The notes beneath the pieces were generated by a model. It saw only the letters and a program-made list of their open reading frames with translations, made no database searches and was not told the DNA's origin. Positions 50,801-62,729 of a DNA stretch of 64,000 nt are shown here, piece after piece. The DNA is taken from NCBI RefSeq assembly GCF_006345805.1, contig NC_043012.1, forward strand, positions 58,714,001 to 58,778,000, given 5' to 3'. Source of the stretch: Octopus sinensis. Taxonomy: Eukaryota. Numbering within the stretch: position 1 is the stretch's first letter; each line of letters begins with the position of its first letter. Position numbers and translations under genes: made by a program.

Positions 50801-51316
50801 TAGAATGGTTGTATACTCTCAATTTAACGTGACAGTTGGTGATTACACCACCGCTGTTTAGCCCTAGGAAGCATCGACGCTTCCTGATGGCTTCGACACA
50901 TTTTTTGCCTGTGCCCTTATATATTTACGAAGGGGAGACAAACACCCCCAGCAGCCAGGCCTGCATCTACAGACAGGCATGTTTCAGGATCTTTGTCCAT
51001 CATCGGTCTAGAGTAGCAGAAGCCCGCCAGCCGCAGATATCTGTCCCGACTTCGTAAATATATATATCTAATTTGCAGTGAAGTTTATTCACTGATTACC
51101 AAAATCAGAAATATTAATGGACAAAGATCCTGAAACATGCGTGTCTCTAGATGCAGGCCTGGCTGCTGGGGGTGTTTGTCTCCCCTTCGTAAATATATAA
51201 GGACACAGGAAAAAATGTGTCGAAGACATCAGGAAGCATCGATGCTTCCTAGGGCTAAACAGCGGTGGTGTAATCTCCCTACTGTCACGTTAAATTGACA
51301 GTATACAACCATTCTA
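50801..51316. mobile_element. Long inverted repeat (arms 50801-51000 and 51117-51316, 116-bp spacer), Penelope-like pLTR type
   Basis: About 200-bp arms with roughly 10 differences by manual alignment; hammerhead motif at the left-arm/spacer junction. Confidence 0.9.
50961..51019 (-). ncRNA. Extended type I hammerhead-like motif, degenerate
   Basis: Minus strand CTGC-TAC-TCTAGA CCGATGA T GGA-CAAAGA-TCC T GAAA CA-TGCC-TG TC^ TGTAGA-T-GCAG. Defects: U4 to C, one stem I mismatch (the right arm has the pairing TCTAGA), and U-U at the base of stem II. Confidence 0.6.
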
Positions 51317-51432
51317 TCGCCCCACCACCGTACATATCTCTATGAGATATTTAGAAATTTAATATTTCTGATATATATACATATATATATGCATATATAT
51401 GCATATAAATACGCATATATATATATATACAT

Positions 51433-51472
<40 letters not shown>

Positions 51473-52139
51473 TGTCATATCATCTTATATTATATTGAAT
51501 TATATTATTTGAGGCATATATTTGAAAACTAGGCCACTGCAGATGGACGCAATCAGCAGTTGATGTTACTCAGTTACTTTCCGTTGCTCATTCGGTCAAC
51601 GCCTTCAGGGAACACGTGAATATTGCTTTGTTTCTAATCAAACGCCAAACCTGCTGGAAAAGCCGAAAGCGGAATGTGAATTCCATCCTGTATTAAAAAT
51701 TATTACTTCACATCCGTTACAGTAATTAAAGCATCTTCCAAGCGGTGACTGAAAGATTCAAGCCTTTTCTAAGGCTGAAGTTACTATCTGAATATGCGTG
51801 AATGCATCACCGTTTCAGGTTCCTGCTTCCCTATATTTATCTGATTTTCGTTGCCGTTTAACCCCTATATAAGCCATGTGTGAACAATTTTTTTACCTAA
51901 GTACTCTATCCGTGTTCATCGTCTTTTTCTTAGGATCAACCACCTCAGTATTATACGCGACCCTTTTTTTCTGAGATGGCTGACTATGTGATTTTAGATG
52001 GTTTCGGCTGCTATTTATGATCGGTTTTGTGGCCACATCCAGGCTTCTTTGTGGTGGGGAAGGATTTGACCTTCACGAAATGAAACCGAGATTGACAGAT
52101 AATATAATGACATGCCTGGTATTTATCTCTGCAATATTG

Positions 52140-52149
52140 ATAATAATAA

Positions 52150-52229
<80 letters not shown>

Positions 52230-52265
52230 GTGATGATAATAATAATAGTGATAATAATAATAATA

Positions 52266-52311
<46 letters not shown>

Positions 52312-52539
52312 GTGATGATAATAATAATCATATCTACTACAATCACAAGGCCTGAATTTTGGGAGGAGAGCATAAGTCGTTTACATCGACGCTGTTCTGT
52401 AATTGGTACTTATTTCATCTACCCCGAAACAATGAAAGGGAAAGCAGACTTCGGCAGAATTTGAACTCAGAAAGTAAAGACATATGAAATACCACTAAGC
52501 ATATCGCACTGCGTGCTAACGATTCTGCCAGCTCCCGCT

Positions 52540-52596
<57 letters not shown>

Positions 52597-52646
52597 GTAA
52601 TAATAATAATAATGATAATAATAATAATAATGATAATAATAATAAT

Positions 52647-52681
<35 letters not shown>

Positions 52682-52702
52682 TAATAATACTACTACTACT
52701 AC

Positions 52703-52747
<45 letters not shown>

Positions 52748-52837
52748 TAAGAATAATAATAATATAAAATAATAATGAATAATAAATAATAAATAATAAT
52801 AATAATAATAATAATAATGATAATAATAATAATAAAC

Positions 52838-52871
<34 letters not shown>

Positions 52872-52894
52872 TAATAATAATAATGATACTAATA

Positions 52895-52948
<54 letters not shown>

Positions 52949-52998
52949 GATAATAATAATAATAATAATATAATAATAATGATAATAATAATATAATG

Positions 52999-53054
<56 letters not shown>

Positions 53055-53100
53055 ACTACTACTACTAATAATAATAATAATAAGAATAATAATAATAATG

Positions 53101-53174
<74 letters not shown>

Positions 53175-53267
53175 CGAATAATAATAATAATCTAATAATA
53201 ATAATAATAATAAAATAATAATAATAATAATGATAATAATAATAATAATAATAATAATAATATTAAT

Positions 53268-53354
<87 letters not shown>

Positions 53355-53389
53355 TAATAATAATAATACTAATACTAATAATAATAATG

Positions 53390-53433
<44 letters not shown>

Positions 53434-53485
53434 TAATAATAATAATAATGATAATAATAATAATATAATAATAATAATAATAATA
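52140..53485. repeat. Very long (AAT)n arrays (52140-52330 and 52541-53485)
   Basis: Direct repeats with occasional GAT/TAC variants. Confidence 0.95.
52335..52540 (-). mobile_element. SINE family A between (AAT)n arrays
   Basis: cacaaggcctgaattttggg...ggtacttatttcatc...gaatttgaactcagaa...gtgctaacgattctgccagctc. Confidence 0.8.
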
Positions 53486-53945
53486 AACGTATCTGTCAGG
53501 ACCTACCAAAAACTGAGCAAATATAAAGATCTTGAAATAGAAATCAGCAAAATGTGGAAGCTGAAGACTAAACAATACCTGTTGTCATAGGTGCCCTGGG
53601 AATGATAGCAAAAGGGGCTGATAGCTACCTAACACAGATACCAGGAAACCCCAAATGGCAGAAGTTCAAAAGATAGTGCTCATGGGAACTGCTCATATCC
53701 TACGCAAAATACTCTCATGTAACCTCAAGGTTTAAAACAACCATAATTTTCGGTTTAAAAAAAAAAAAAAAAAAAAACCTTTTTTTTTTATTAGACATTC
53801 ATTAGTACAACATCCCCACCCCCCAAATATATGGCACACTAGGCATAACAACAACATGAACTTCCAACCCTGTTGTCTCTCTGAGGTCTCTGGGTGAGAC
53901 TTGGAGCCAACTTGTACAAATATAAAGCAAAAGTCAACATAGAAT
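53486..53945 (+). mobile_element. R4/Dong-type LINE 3' end 1 (RLE C-terminus plus 3' UTR)
   Basis: NVSVRTYQKLSKYKDLEIEISKMWKLKT / IPVVIGALGMI...QKIVLMGTAHILRKILS; flanked by (AAT)n. Confidence 0.9.
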
Positions 53946-53966
53946 AATATAATAATAATAATAATG

Positions 53967-53997
<31 letters not shown>

Positions 53998-54004
53998 GAT
54001 AATA

Positions 54005-54037
<33 letters not shown>

Positions 54038-54039
<2 letters not shown>

Positions 54040-54592
54040 CCCTGATGCAGTACCAGGCAGTGGCTCTCATGGCTTCTGATCTTAACTGATTGGAAGTGTT
54101 ATCATGTACATTGTTTTGTCTTGGTATAAAAGATGGGCTACAGCAAATATTCTGCCCCATACCACAGATTTGCTTGTCAGTTTTTTTACCGTAACCAGTT
54201 GAGCATGTCCCTTAGTGGCTGATGATATGTGCATCTCTGATCATGAGCAGAAGTAGTGGGGGAGCATCATAGCCATGTGTTGAGAGGGATTCTTTGGGGT
54301 TGGGATAATTTACCTCTGGAAACAGGTGTTTCGTTCAACATCCTTAAACAACCCTTCTTCAGAGACCTTTTGAGCGGGGTGGGTTACTCGACCAGAAGAA
54401 AATTCTAACTGGGCCCCACCTGCAAGGTCATGTGCTGCTTATCTTGATTTGAGATCACCATGTCGCGCACATATGGTTGTGATGCATGTGCCTAGTGTAC
54501 CCTTATCAGACAGGTAGTCATGATGGGTATACCGGGCTTCGTATATTTTACTCCAGTGTCACTTTGATGGCATGCACTGCTCTCTCACTCAA
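54038..54592 (+). mobile_element. Non-coding interspersed repeat with an (AAT)n tail, copy 1 (LINE 3' UTR or SINE)
   Basis: Its 3' 280 bp align with 56140-56419; both end gctctctcactc followed by (AAT)n. Strand inferred from tail position. Confidence 0.7.
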
Positions 54593-54623
54593 TGATAATA
54601 ATAATAATGATGATGATAATGAT

Positions 54624-55405
54624 GCAAAAGTAGTAGTCAGAGAAAAATCTCAGAAATTGTTGAGTAGCTCAGGAGTCAAAGCAGAGACGGAGGGATTTTT
54701 AATTGCAGTACCAGACTAAAGCCTTCCCACCAGAAATTACTAAAAGCATACAATGAAAAGAATCATGACAAGTAACTACAGAATATGTGGAGATGGACAA
54801 GAAACAATAAATCATATTATCTCTGACTGCCCAGTCCTGGCTAAGAAGGAATATATTCACATCACGACAGTGTTGGGACCTACATACACTGGAAGCTATG
54901 CCAACACTATGGAATAACAACAGAAAAAAGATGATATAGGCACACACCAGAAAAGGTCACAGAAAACGAGAAAGCTACCATACTCTGGGATATGCCAAGA
55001 CACACAGATAGAGAAATTAAGGCCAATAGGCCAGATATAGTTGACAGAGATCATGAAGAAAAAAATGCTTTCTAATTGATGAAAGAATACTAGCAGATGA
55101 CAACGTGTCTCTAAAAGAAATGGAGAAAATTTCAAAATACAAAGACCTGGAAATAGAGGTAAATCGAATGTGGAATCTAAAAACAGAAACAATCCCTATC
55201 ATAGCATAACAAAAACACCAGGACTTACAAATATATATAACATACAGAAAATTGCACTGCTGGGCACTGCACACATCTTGCGCAAAATACTTTCAATACA
55301 GTAACCATAAGAGCTTTACAACCAATCACAGCACATACCCAAGGCACACAGAGCTGCGCTCGATAGAGAAGTGAAAGCACGCTATAAAAATAAAACTACT
55401 GAATA
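54624..55405 (+). mobile_element. R4/Dong-type LINE 3' end 2 (CCHC knuckle, RLE, 3' UTR)
   Basis: KAETEGFLIA...YRICGDGQETINHIISDCPVLAKKEY...ILWDM...IKANRPDIV...KYKDLEIEVNRMW...LGTAHILRKILSIQ*. Confidence 0.92.
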
Positions 55406-55414
55406 ATAACAATG

Positions 55415-55500
<86 letters not shown>

Positions 55501-55547
55501 TCTTTCTACTATAAGCACATTGTCTGAACTTTTGAATTTACTAAAAC

Positions 55548-55890
55548 CAAACTGAAGATCAATCACCTATTTTATATGGAGGGCCTCAAGCTATGAACGA
55601 AACAAAAATGGGATTCTTTGATCCAGAAACAAGATTCAGGAAATATATTGGAATGAAGTTTGGAGTAGACAAGTGTGTAATGCATTATGAAGAGAGGGTA
55701 GAAGATAAATTCTGGTGGCATAAAACAAGCACAAAACTTTATTAGAACGTTTTTGAATACTTTCGGATAGAAATACCTCAAAGTGCTGCATGATGATAGG
55801 ATAACAGAAGAAGAACTGAAGGAGAAATCAGTAGAGATTGCAAGAGGAAACGGAGGAACGTGCGAGAAACAAAATTAAATGGAAGAAGAT
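55548..55890 (+). mobile_element. R4/Dong-type LINE RT fragment
   Basis: KINHLFYMEGLKL (degenerate YMDDLKL), IGMKFGVDKC, KYLKVL. Confidence 0.75.
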
Positions 55891-55904
55891 ATCCTGAACT
55901 CTTT

Positions 55905-56100
55905 GCTCTTTTACTTTTTTACTTGTTTCAGTCATTTAACTGTGACCATGCTGGAGCACCGCCTTTAGTCGAGCAAATCGTCCCCAGGTCTTATTCTTTG
56001 TAAGCCTAGTACTTATTCTATAGGTCTCTTTTTCCGAACCGCTACGTTACGGGGACGTAAACACACCAGCATCTGTTATCAAGCAATGTTGGGGGACAAA
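55905..56100 (-). mobile_element. SINE family C, 3' half
   Basis: tttacttgtttcagtcatt...ccatgctggagcaccgcctttagtcgagcaaatcg...ggggacgtaaacacaccagcatc. Confidence 0.85.
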
Positions 56101-56139
56101 ATGTGCTAAAAATAATTTTCTGGAGTTTAAAATAATTCA

Positions 56140-56419
56140 CTTCTGGAAACATAGGTGTTTCGTTCAACATCCTTAAACAACCTTCATTCAAGGACCATTT
56201 GAGCGCGATGGGCTACTCGATCTGAAGAAAATTGTAACTAGGCCACACTTGCAAGTTCATGCGCTGTTTATCTTGATATGAAATCACCATGTCGCGCACA
56301 TTTGGTTGTGATGCATGTGCCTGGTGTACCCTTAACCGACAGGTAGTCATGATGGGTATACCGGGCTTCGTATATTTTACCCCAGTGTCACTTTGATGGC
56401 ATGCAATGCTCTCTCACTC
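56140..56419 (+). mobile_element. Non-coding interspersed repeat with an (AAT)n tail, copy 2 (5'-truncated)
   Basis: Aligns with the 3' part of 54038-54592. Confidence 0.7.
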
Positions 56420-56460
<41 letters not shown>

Positions 56461-56512
56461 TGATGATGATGATGATGATAATTATTATCATTATTATTAT
56501 TAATATTGTTGC

Positions 56513-56559
<47 letters not shown>

Positions 56560-56780
56560 AAATAAGAAGAAGAAGCAGAAGAAAAGGAAGAAGAAGAAGA
56601 AGAAGAAGAAGAAGAAGGAAAAGAAGAAGGAGAAGAAGAAGAAGAAGAAGAAGAAGAAGAAGAAGAAGGAGAAGGAGAAGGAGAAGAAGAAGAAGGAGAA
56701 GAAGAAGAAGAAGAAGAAGGAGAAGAAGAAGAAGAAGAAGAAGAAGAAGAAGAAGAAGAGAAGAAGAAGAAGAAGAAGCA
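56420..56780. repeat. (AAT)(GAT)(TAG)(AAG)n compound microsatellite
   Basis: Direct repeats; source of the poly-I/V/R/E ORF. Confidence 0.95.
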
Positions 56781-56794
56781 GCAGAATTGTAAAT

Positions 56795-57055
56795 ACAGGG
56801 GCCTAAAAATAAAAGATCTGGAAAACAGAAGTAATTCCTATCATTGTAGACTCATTAGGTATGATAAAATACATTCAGACAAATACATAAAAACAAGAAC
56901 TAACAAGTGTATATAACAGAAAATAGCACTACTAGGCACCGCACACATCCTACGTAAAACACTTTCAATACAGAAAAAATAAGAGCATTATAACAAACTA
57001 CAGCGCATACACAAGGCAGTGAAGTGAAAGCACGTGATAAGCATGTGGCTACTGA
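56795..57055 (+). mobile_element. R4/Dong-type LINE 3' end 3 (decayed relative of end 2)
   Basis: EVIPIIVDSLGMIK...KIALLGTAHILRKTLSIQ; 3' UTR shares gtgaaagcacg...ctactgaataat with 55370-55405. Confidence 0.8.
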
Positions 57056-57129
57056 ATAATAATAATGATAATGATAATAATAATAGTGATGATGATGATG
57101 ATGATAATAATAATATTAATAATAATAAT

Positions 57130-57180
<51 letters not shown>

Positions 57181-57285
57181 TAATAATAATATAATAATAA
57201 TGGGAAAGTGAAGTTGCTTGCTTATCGACCCATCATGCCCGTTTGATTCAAGGATGGTAAAGAAAGAAGAAGAAAATCAAAGAAT

Positions 57286-57620
57286 ATACAATCCCTTAAG
57301 ATTTGAAATGGGAAGAGTTTGGAGCATGCTCATAGTATAAAGGTCGTGCCTATAATAATTGGTGCGTTGGGAGAAGTAAGCCGAGATAATAGATAAATGG
57401 TTGAAGGAGACTGAAGTAGAATGCTTGGTAGAGCTCCTACGGAAAGTTTGTTTCTTAGAGACAGCAAGGATTATCAAGAGGTTTCTAAGTACTTGAAAGA
57501 CTGCCTAAAACGTATGGATACCTAAGGTTATAGGTGGTAAGCCGCTATCCACATAAATTCTACCAGGAATAAGACGAAATCTCAGCTTTGCGTCTATAGT
57601 AATACAGAGAAATTGACAGA
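57286..57620 (+). mobile_element. R4/Dong-type LINE 3' end 4 (distinct family)
   Basis: KVVPIIIGALGEVSRD...KWLKETEVECLVELLRKVCFLETARIIKRFLST*. Confidence 0.75.
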
Positions 57621-57887
57621 CAACCACTACAATGAAGTCTGCAATGCAACACTCCAATGCAACGCCCCCACTAAAAATAAGTACACACATGAATAAACCC
57701 AAACAATAAATACACAATAAAATTAACAAAACCCATATGTGACATATATGTCCGATACCCAACAGAAAAAAAGCAATATGCTCTGCAGAAACAACACACA
57801 ATACAAACAGTAATACAACAGAATACGCAAATCATGCGCCAAGACAAGACATACAGATGCAATACAATACTCGCCGAACGGAATATA

Positions 57888-57924
<37 letters not shown>

Positions 57925-57944
57925 AGTGTGTGTGTGTGTGTGTG

Positions 57945-58135
57945 TGACCGCGTGTGTACCGTTGGCGATTTTTTTCCTTCTGTCTTCCCTTCACTGGATC
58001 TTTCCTTCTCCTATGTTTCCGACGAAGAGCTCCGCTCGAAACGTTAAACCCTACTTCTTTCCTTCTTTCCTGAGCGTCCAATAATATTATATTTGTTCCA
58101 CGACCTCGCGTTGTTGTGTTTTCATGTTTGGATTA
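57945..58135 (+). mobile_element. Penelope-like pLTR remnant between microsatellites
   Basis: Contains a minimal hammerhead motif; unique sequence bounded by (TG)n and (TA)/(TC)n. The PLE assignment is inferred from the motif. Confidence 0.5.
58015..58049 (+). ncRNA. Minimal type I hammerhead-like motif (U4 to C)
   Basis: GTTT CCGACGA A GAGC-TCC-GCTC GAAA CGTT AAAC; stems I and II pair perfectly; palindromic AACGTT at stem III. Confidence 0.5.
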
Positions 58136-58152
58136 ACTATATATACATCTCT

Positions 58153-58193
<41 letters not shown>

Positions 58194-58196
58194 ATC

Positions 58197-58261
<65 letters not shown>

Positions 58262-58429
58262 ATACTGCGTACCTCACCAGTACTACAGTACTGCAAGTGG
58301 AGCAATAAAAAGTTGCTTGAAACTATCTGATGTCGAATAATTACTGTGGTGAAGACGATGGTGATAAACATTAACTTACCTGAGTTTATGACACGACATT
58401 TTTAGATGGACAGAGTAAAAGAAGTTATA

Positions 58430-58900
58430 AAGGGTTGATTTAGTCGCAGTAGACAAAGGGAATAGAAAACGCTAGATAATTGACTTGACAGTTTCAAATG
58501 ATAATTCAATATAAGAGGCATAGAGAAAGCAGCAAATTGAAAGGTCCTACTCATCGAGATACACAGAGTATGAAGAGTGCGGGTCAAATGTATCGCTATA
58601 GTTATAGGTGCATTAGGAGCTATCTCTAAAGAGCTGAACGCATGGATACAGGAAATAGGCATAAAACTTAGTTTAGGTGTTTTCCAGAAGATAGTCTTAT
58701 TAGGGACAGCGAGAATACTTTACAAGAATTAAAAGAGCGGATTAAAATGTATTGCTGTAGTTTTAGGTGCATTAGGATCGATCTCTTAAGAATTGAACAG
58801 ATGGATAAAGGAAATATGCATAAAACCTAGTTTAGGAGTGTTCCAGAAGTCTTATTAAGGGCAGGAAAAATACTTAGGAGGGTTCTTGGAATCAAAGGTT
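58430..58900 (+). mobile_element. R4/Dong-type LINE 3' end 5 with an internally duplicated C-terminus
   Basis: DLVAVDKGNRK*IIDLTV...IAIVIGALGAISKELNAWIQEIGIKLSLGVFQKIVLLGTARIL, then a second IAVVLGALGSIS*ELNRWIKEICIKPSLGVFQK. Confidence 0.85.
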
Positions 58901-59080
58901 ACTTGTAGCTTGATGTGAGGAATTTTTTCTTTTATTTTCCAATAGTTTAATCTCTTGTGTGTATATGAAGTAATAATAATAATGATAAAAAGATTCCCGA
59001 GATTTGTGGAGACTTGTTGGCACCAAACCTCAAGATAAAATCCTTGCTAACTAAATTAGCACGCAATAGCATAATAATAA

Positions 59081-59085
59081 TAGTA

Positions 59086-59150
<65 letters not shown>

Positions 59151-59222
59151 TAGATAAAAGTAATAATAATAATAATAATAAATAAATAGATAAAAGTAAT
59201 AATAATAATAATAATAATAATA

Positions 59223-59258
<36 letters not shown>

Positions 59259-60020
59259 TGATGATGATGATAATAACAACACCCAACCAAACCCAACGCA
59301 ACAACAAATTAAAATGCACCTTGGATACGGTAAACAAAAAAATACGTTGTATTATTAGGTTTATTGCATCAAGGTTGAGCAAATGCTACGATACCTCGCA
59401 GATTTAAGTCACTGAAATTCCTGAGGATATAAAATAATGCAGGATGTAATTAGCAAAAAAAAATTATCATTGAAAGTAACACAAGAACAGCAGCAGCAGC
59501 AGCAGCACCAATAGAATCAATAACAATAATCATAATACTTAGTATTATTGTTGTTGTTGTTGTTGTTGTTGTTGTTAGTATTATGATTATTACTAAGGTG
59601 CTAACCATCATCACTACCAAAACCACCACCACCACCATCATTGGCATGATAATGATAGTGCTGCTGCGACTGCGGCTGCTGCTGATGATGATAATGAGGA
59701 GGAGGAGGAGGAGGAGAAGGACGAGGGGGAGGAGGAGAAGGAGGAGGAGAGGAGGGGGATCATGATCATCATCATGATGACGATAATGAGGATGATGTTG
59801 ATGATGATTTTCATTATCACCATCAGCATCATCATCCCTATAATTATTACTATTACTATTATTGTTGTTGTTGTTATTGTTTTGCTGTCCCTGTGGCAAA
59901 TAAAAGAAATTCTTATTGTCATTATCATTCTTATTCTTATTCTTCTTATTATTATTATCAATATTAGTATTAAAGTTATTATCAGTATTATCGTTATTAT
60001 TTTTATTAGAATTGTTTTAT
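59081..60020. repeat. (AAT)n, (CAG), (GTT), (GAG), (CAT), (TTA/TTC) compound low-complexity block
   Basis: Direct repeats visible. Confidence 0.9.
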
Positions 60021-60549
60021 TGTGAGAGACGTAGCTCAAAGACAAGATAAGTGAAATTTCTTTTGGATGATCTCGCAACCGAAATTAAAACCATTGAGAA
60101 AACCGGAAAAATCTTAAAGTATTAGCCGTAAAGACAACTTGCGCGAGAGAGGGAGAGGGTAAGTGAAAGTGTGAACGAGAGAGAGGGAGAGAGAGATCTC
60201 CATACAAAATGGAATATTCTGAAATAACAGAAATAATACGTTACAATACAATTTTTATGTCGTAAACTTCAAAGTAAAAAGCATATTGTAATTAAAAATG
60301 TTATTGGGAGAATTGCCAGTAGGCATACACTATGGAATGAATAAAATATTACGATGAACAGACATAAACAAAATGCTTATTTTATACCTGATTTCTTTCA
60401 ATTTCTCTTGAAATAAAATAGATTCTTCTCAAATCAAGCAACATATTAAATCCTCCAGTTGCGGTTATAAAGCAAGAAAAATATAAAGGACAAAAAGCGA
60501 AAAACGCTTAAGGAATTCCTGATATTGCAAAAATTAAATATGATACATA

Positions 60550-60592
60550 TGCATATATGTATATATATATATATATATACATATATATGTAA

Positions 60593-60625
<33 letters not shown>

Positions 60626-60680
60626 TGTATGTATGTATGTATGTATGTATGTATGTGTGTATGTATGTGTGTATGTATGG
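60550..60680. repeat. (TA)n/(TATG)n microsatellite
   Basis: Direct repeats visible. Confidence 0.95.
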
Positions 60681-61613
60681 CCCTACTCATTGCAAAATTA
60701 TTTTAATAATTGCTTCTTATATGACATTTTTAAGGATATGTAAGGGGAAGTGATGGAGGCAATGAGAGAGCCGGAAGGAAGCTTATCTTTATATTACTCT
60801 GTTCGACAACAGTGTTCAGTCAGTTGTAAATGTAAATACTTTTTCACAAGGTACACAACCCCACAGAAGTTGCTAGTGGCTCAGTGGTTAGGATACACGG
60901 AAACTCGCGTTGATGTTGGCAATTCATAAAATTCGTTCGGTTTGGGTGGTGAGGGACCAATACGAAGGACAACGAAGTAAATATACAGTACGAAATATGG
61001 TTTTACATTCTTCTATTACTTTTGAGTTCAAATCCCGCTCAAGTCTTTATTTCATGACTGATAAAATAGAGCCAGAATAGGTCGCCGCTTAATTAATCAA
61101 ACATATTCTTCGCAAAAATGTATGACTTTGCGTCTGTGATTGATTGATCCGATAGAGCAATCAATTAAATGCCATCTGATATTAATTATATGCTTTTACG
61201 TTCGAGTTCCAATAGTGGTTAAATGTCAAGTGACAAACACACGCACTGGTTGTTATTGACTTCTTTTATTATCATTAGCCAATTCTTAAGCATTTGTCAA
61301 ATTGGCCACCCGATTGTTTGATTAGTCGTTCTATCAATCAACAAGCTTTGTCAAATTCTTTTCACCAAACACAGACTCGTCAATATCACACCCTGACTTT
61401 TCTCGAAACTGATAAATATGGTTTACTCGACCTTCATTTTCTCGTCAAAATGTACCCGTATCAGAAACCCTCATTTCACTACCACTACATTTTGTGTATA
61501 AGCAAGTCAACTTAAAGATGAATTGACCTTGTCTATTTACCTCTAAACATATATCATGAAGACAAAACCTCCAGCACCTTTAAGCAACGATGTTACTATG
61601 TTATTATTTCGTC

Positions 61614-61967
61614 GGTGCCTCCTTCAGAGCAAATCGACCCCAAGACTTAGTCTTTGTAATCCTGGTACTTATTCTTTCGATCTCCTTTGCCGAACCGCTG
61701 AGTTACGGGAACGTAAATACACCAGCATCGGTTGTCAAGATATTTTGGGGGACAAACACAGACACACAAACATACACACCCATATATATATATATACATA
61801 TATACGACGGGCTTCTTTCAGTTCCCGTCTACCAAATCCACTCACAAGGCTTTGGTCGGCCCGAGGCTATAGCAGAAGACACTTGCCCAAGATTCCACGC
61901 AGTGGGAATGAACCCGGAACCATATGGTTGGTAAGCAAACTACTTACCACACAGCCAATCCTACGCC
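61614..61967 (-). mobile_element. Near full-length SINE family C
   Basis: Aligns with the reverse complement of the 44264 and 45091 copies. Confidence 0.88.
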
Positions 61968-62579
61968 TATATCTACAGAAATACAATTTGCAAAGCACGA
62001 GATTTTCCAGGATATGCAGCCTGAAAATTACAATCTAGATTCTAGATTCTGGGACTATATATTACACAAACACCAATATAGAATGGATTACTGGGATTAG
62101 AACAGAGAAGGGGTAACGTTCATCTTTCAGTACTTAACAGTTATTATTTGATACTCTCCTCAATTTTCATTTAATAAAACCATCAAAGAACTCTAGATAT
62201 AAATACTTTCTGTCTTTTATTTTTTCGAACAAAACTACTAGACTGGACGATATAATACCTTCTATCGGTTTGTAGGGAAATTAATCTCAACACAGCAAAC
62301 TATAAAACGCTCATAAATTTTACATTTGTGCCGTGTTTATAATGGCAGACTGTATCCCACTGTGGTACTTAGTTCGGCCATTAGTGAGCTAAGTATCTTG
62401 GCTATCGACGCAGATGGGTAAATTGATAGATTTGTCTCTTGCAGTTGCTGGAAATAAATTCACGGATTAAGAAGATAAGATGTAGATGAATTGAATGAAA
62501 TCATTTGGAATGCCAAACTGATCAACTCGAGGATCTCCCCTACAAACGATAGGATAGATAAACATGTAGATAGGTAGAT

Positions 62580-62582
62580 ACC

Positions 62583-62644
<62 letters not shown>

Positions 62645-62720
62645 TGTTATATATACACATACACATGCGCGCGCGCACACACTCGCACCGCACACACATA
62701 CACACAAACACACACACATA
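62580..62720. repeat. (TAGA)n and (CA)n microsatellites
   Basis: Direct repeats visible. Confidence 0.95.
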
Positions 62721-62729
62721 TACATCATA

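Noticed and set aside
54310-54370. Hammerhead-like CTGAAGA...GAAAC on the minus strand of the (AAT)-tailed repeat
   Set aside because: Stem II does not close at the core and the second copy (56140) lacks the core.
56406-56792. Protamine-like poly-Arg ORF
   Set aside because: Pure (AAG/GAG)n microsatellite preceded by poly-I/M/V from adjacent repeats.
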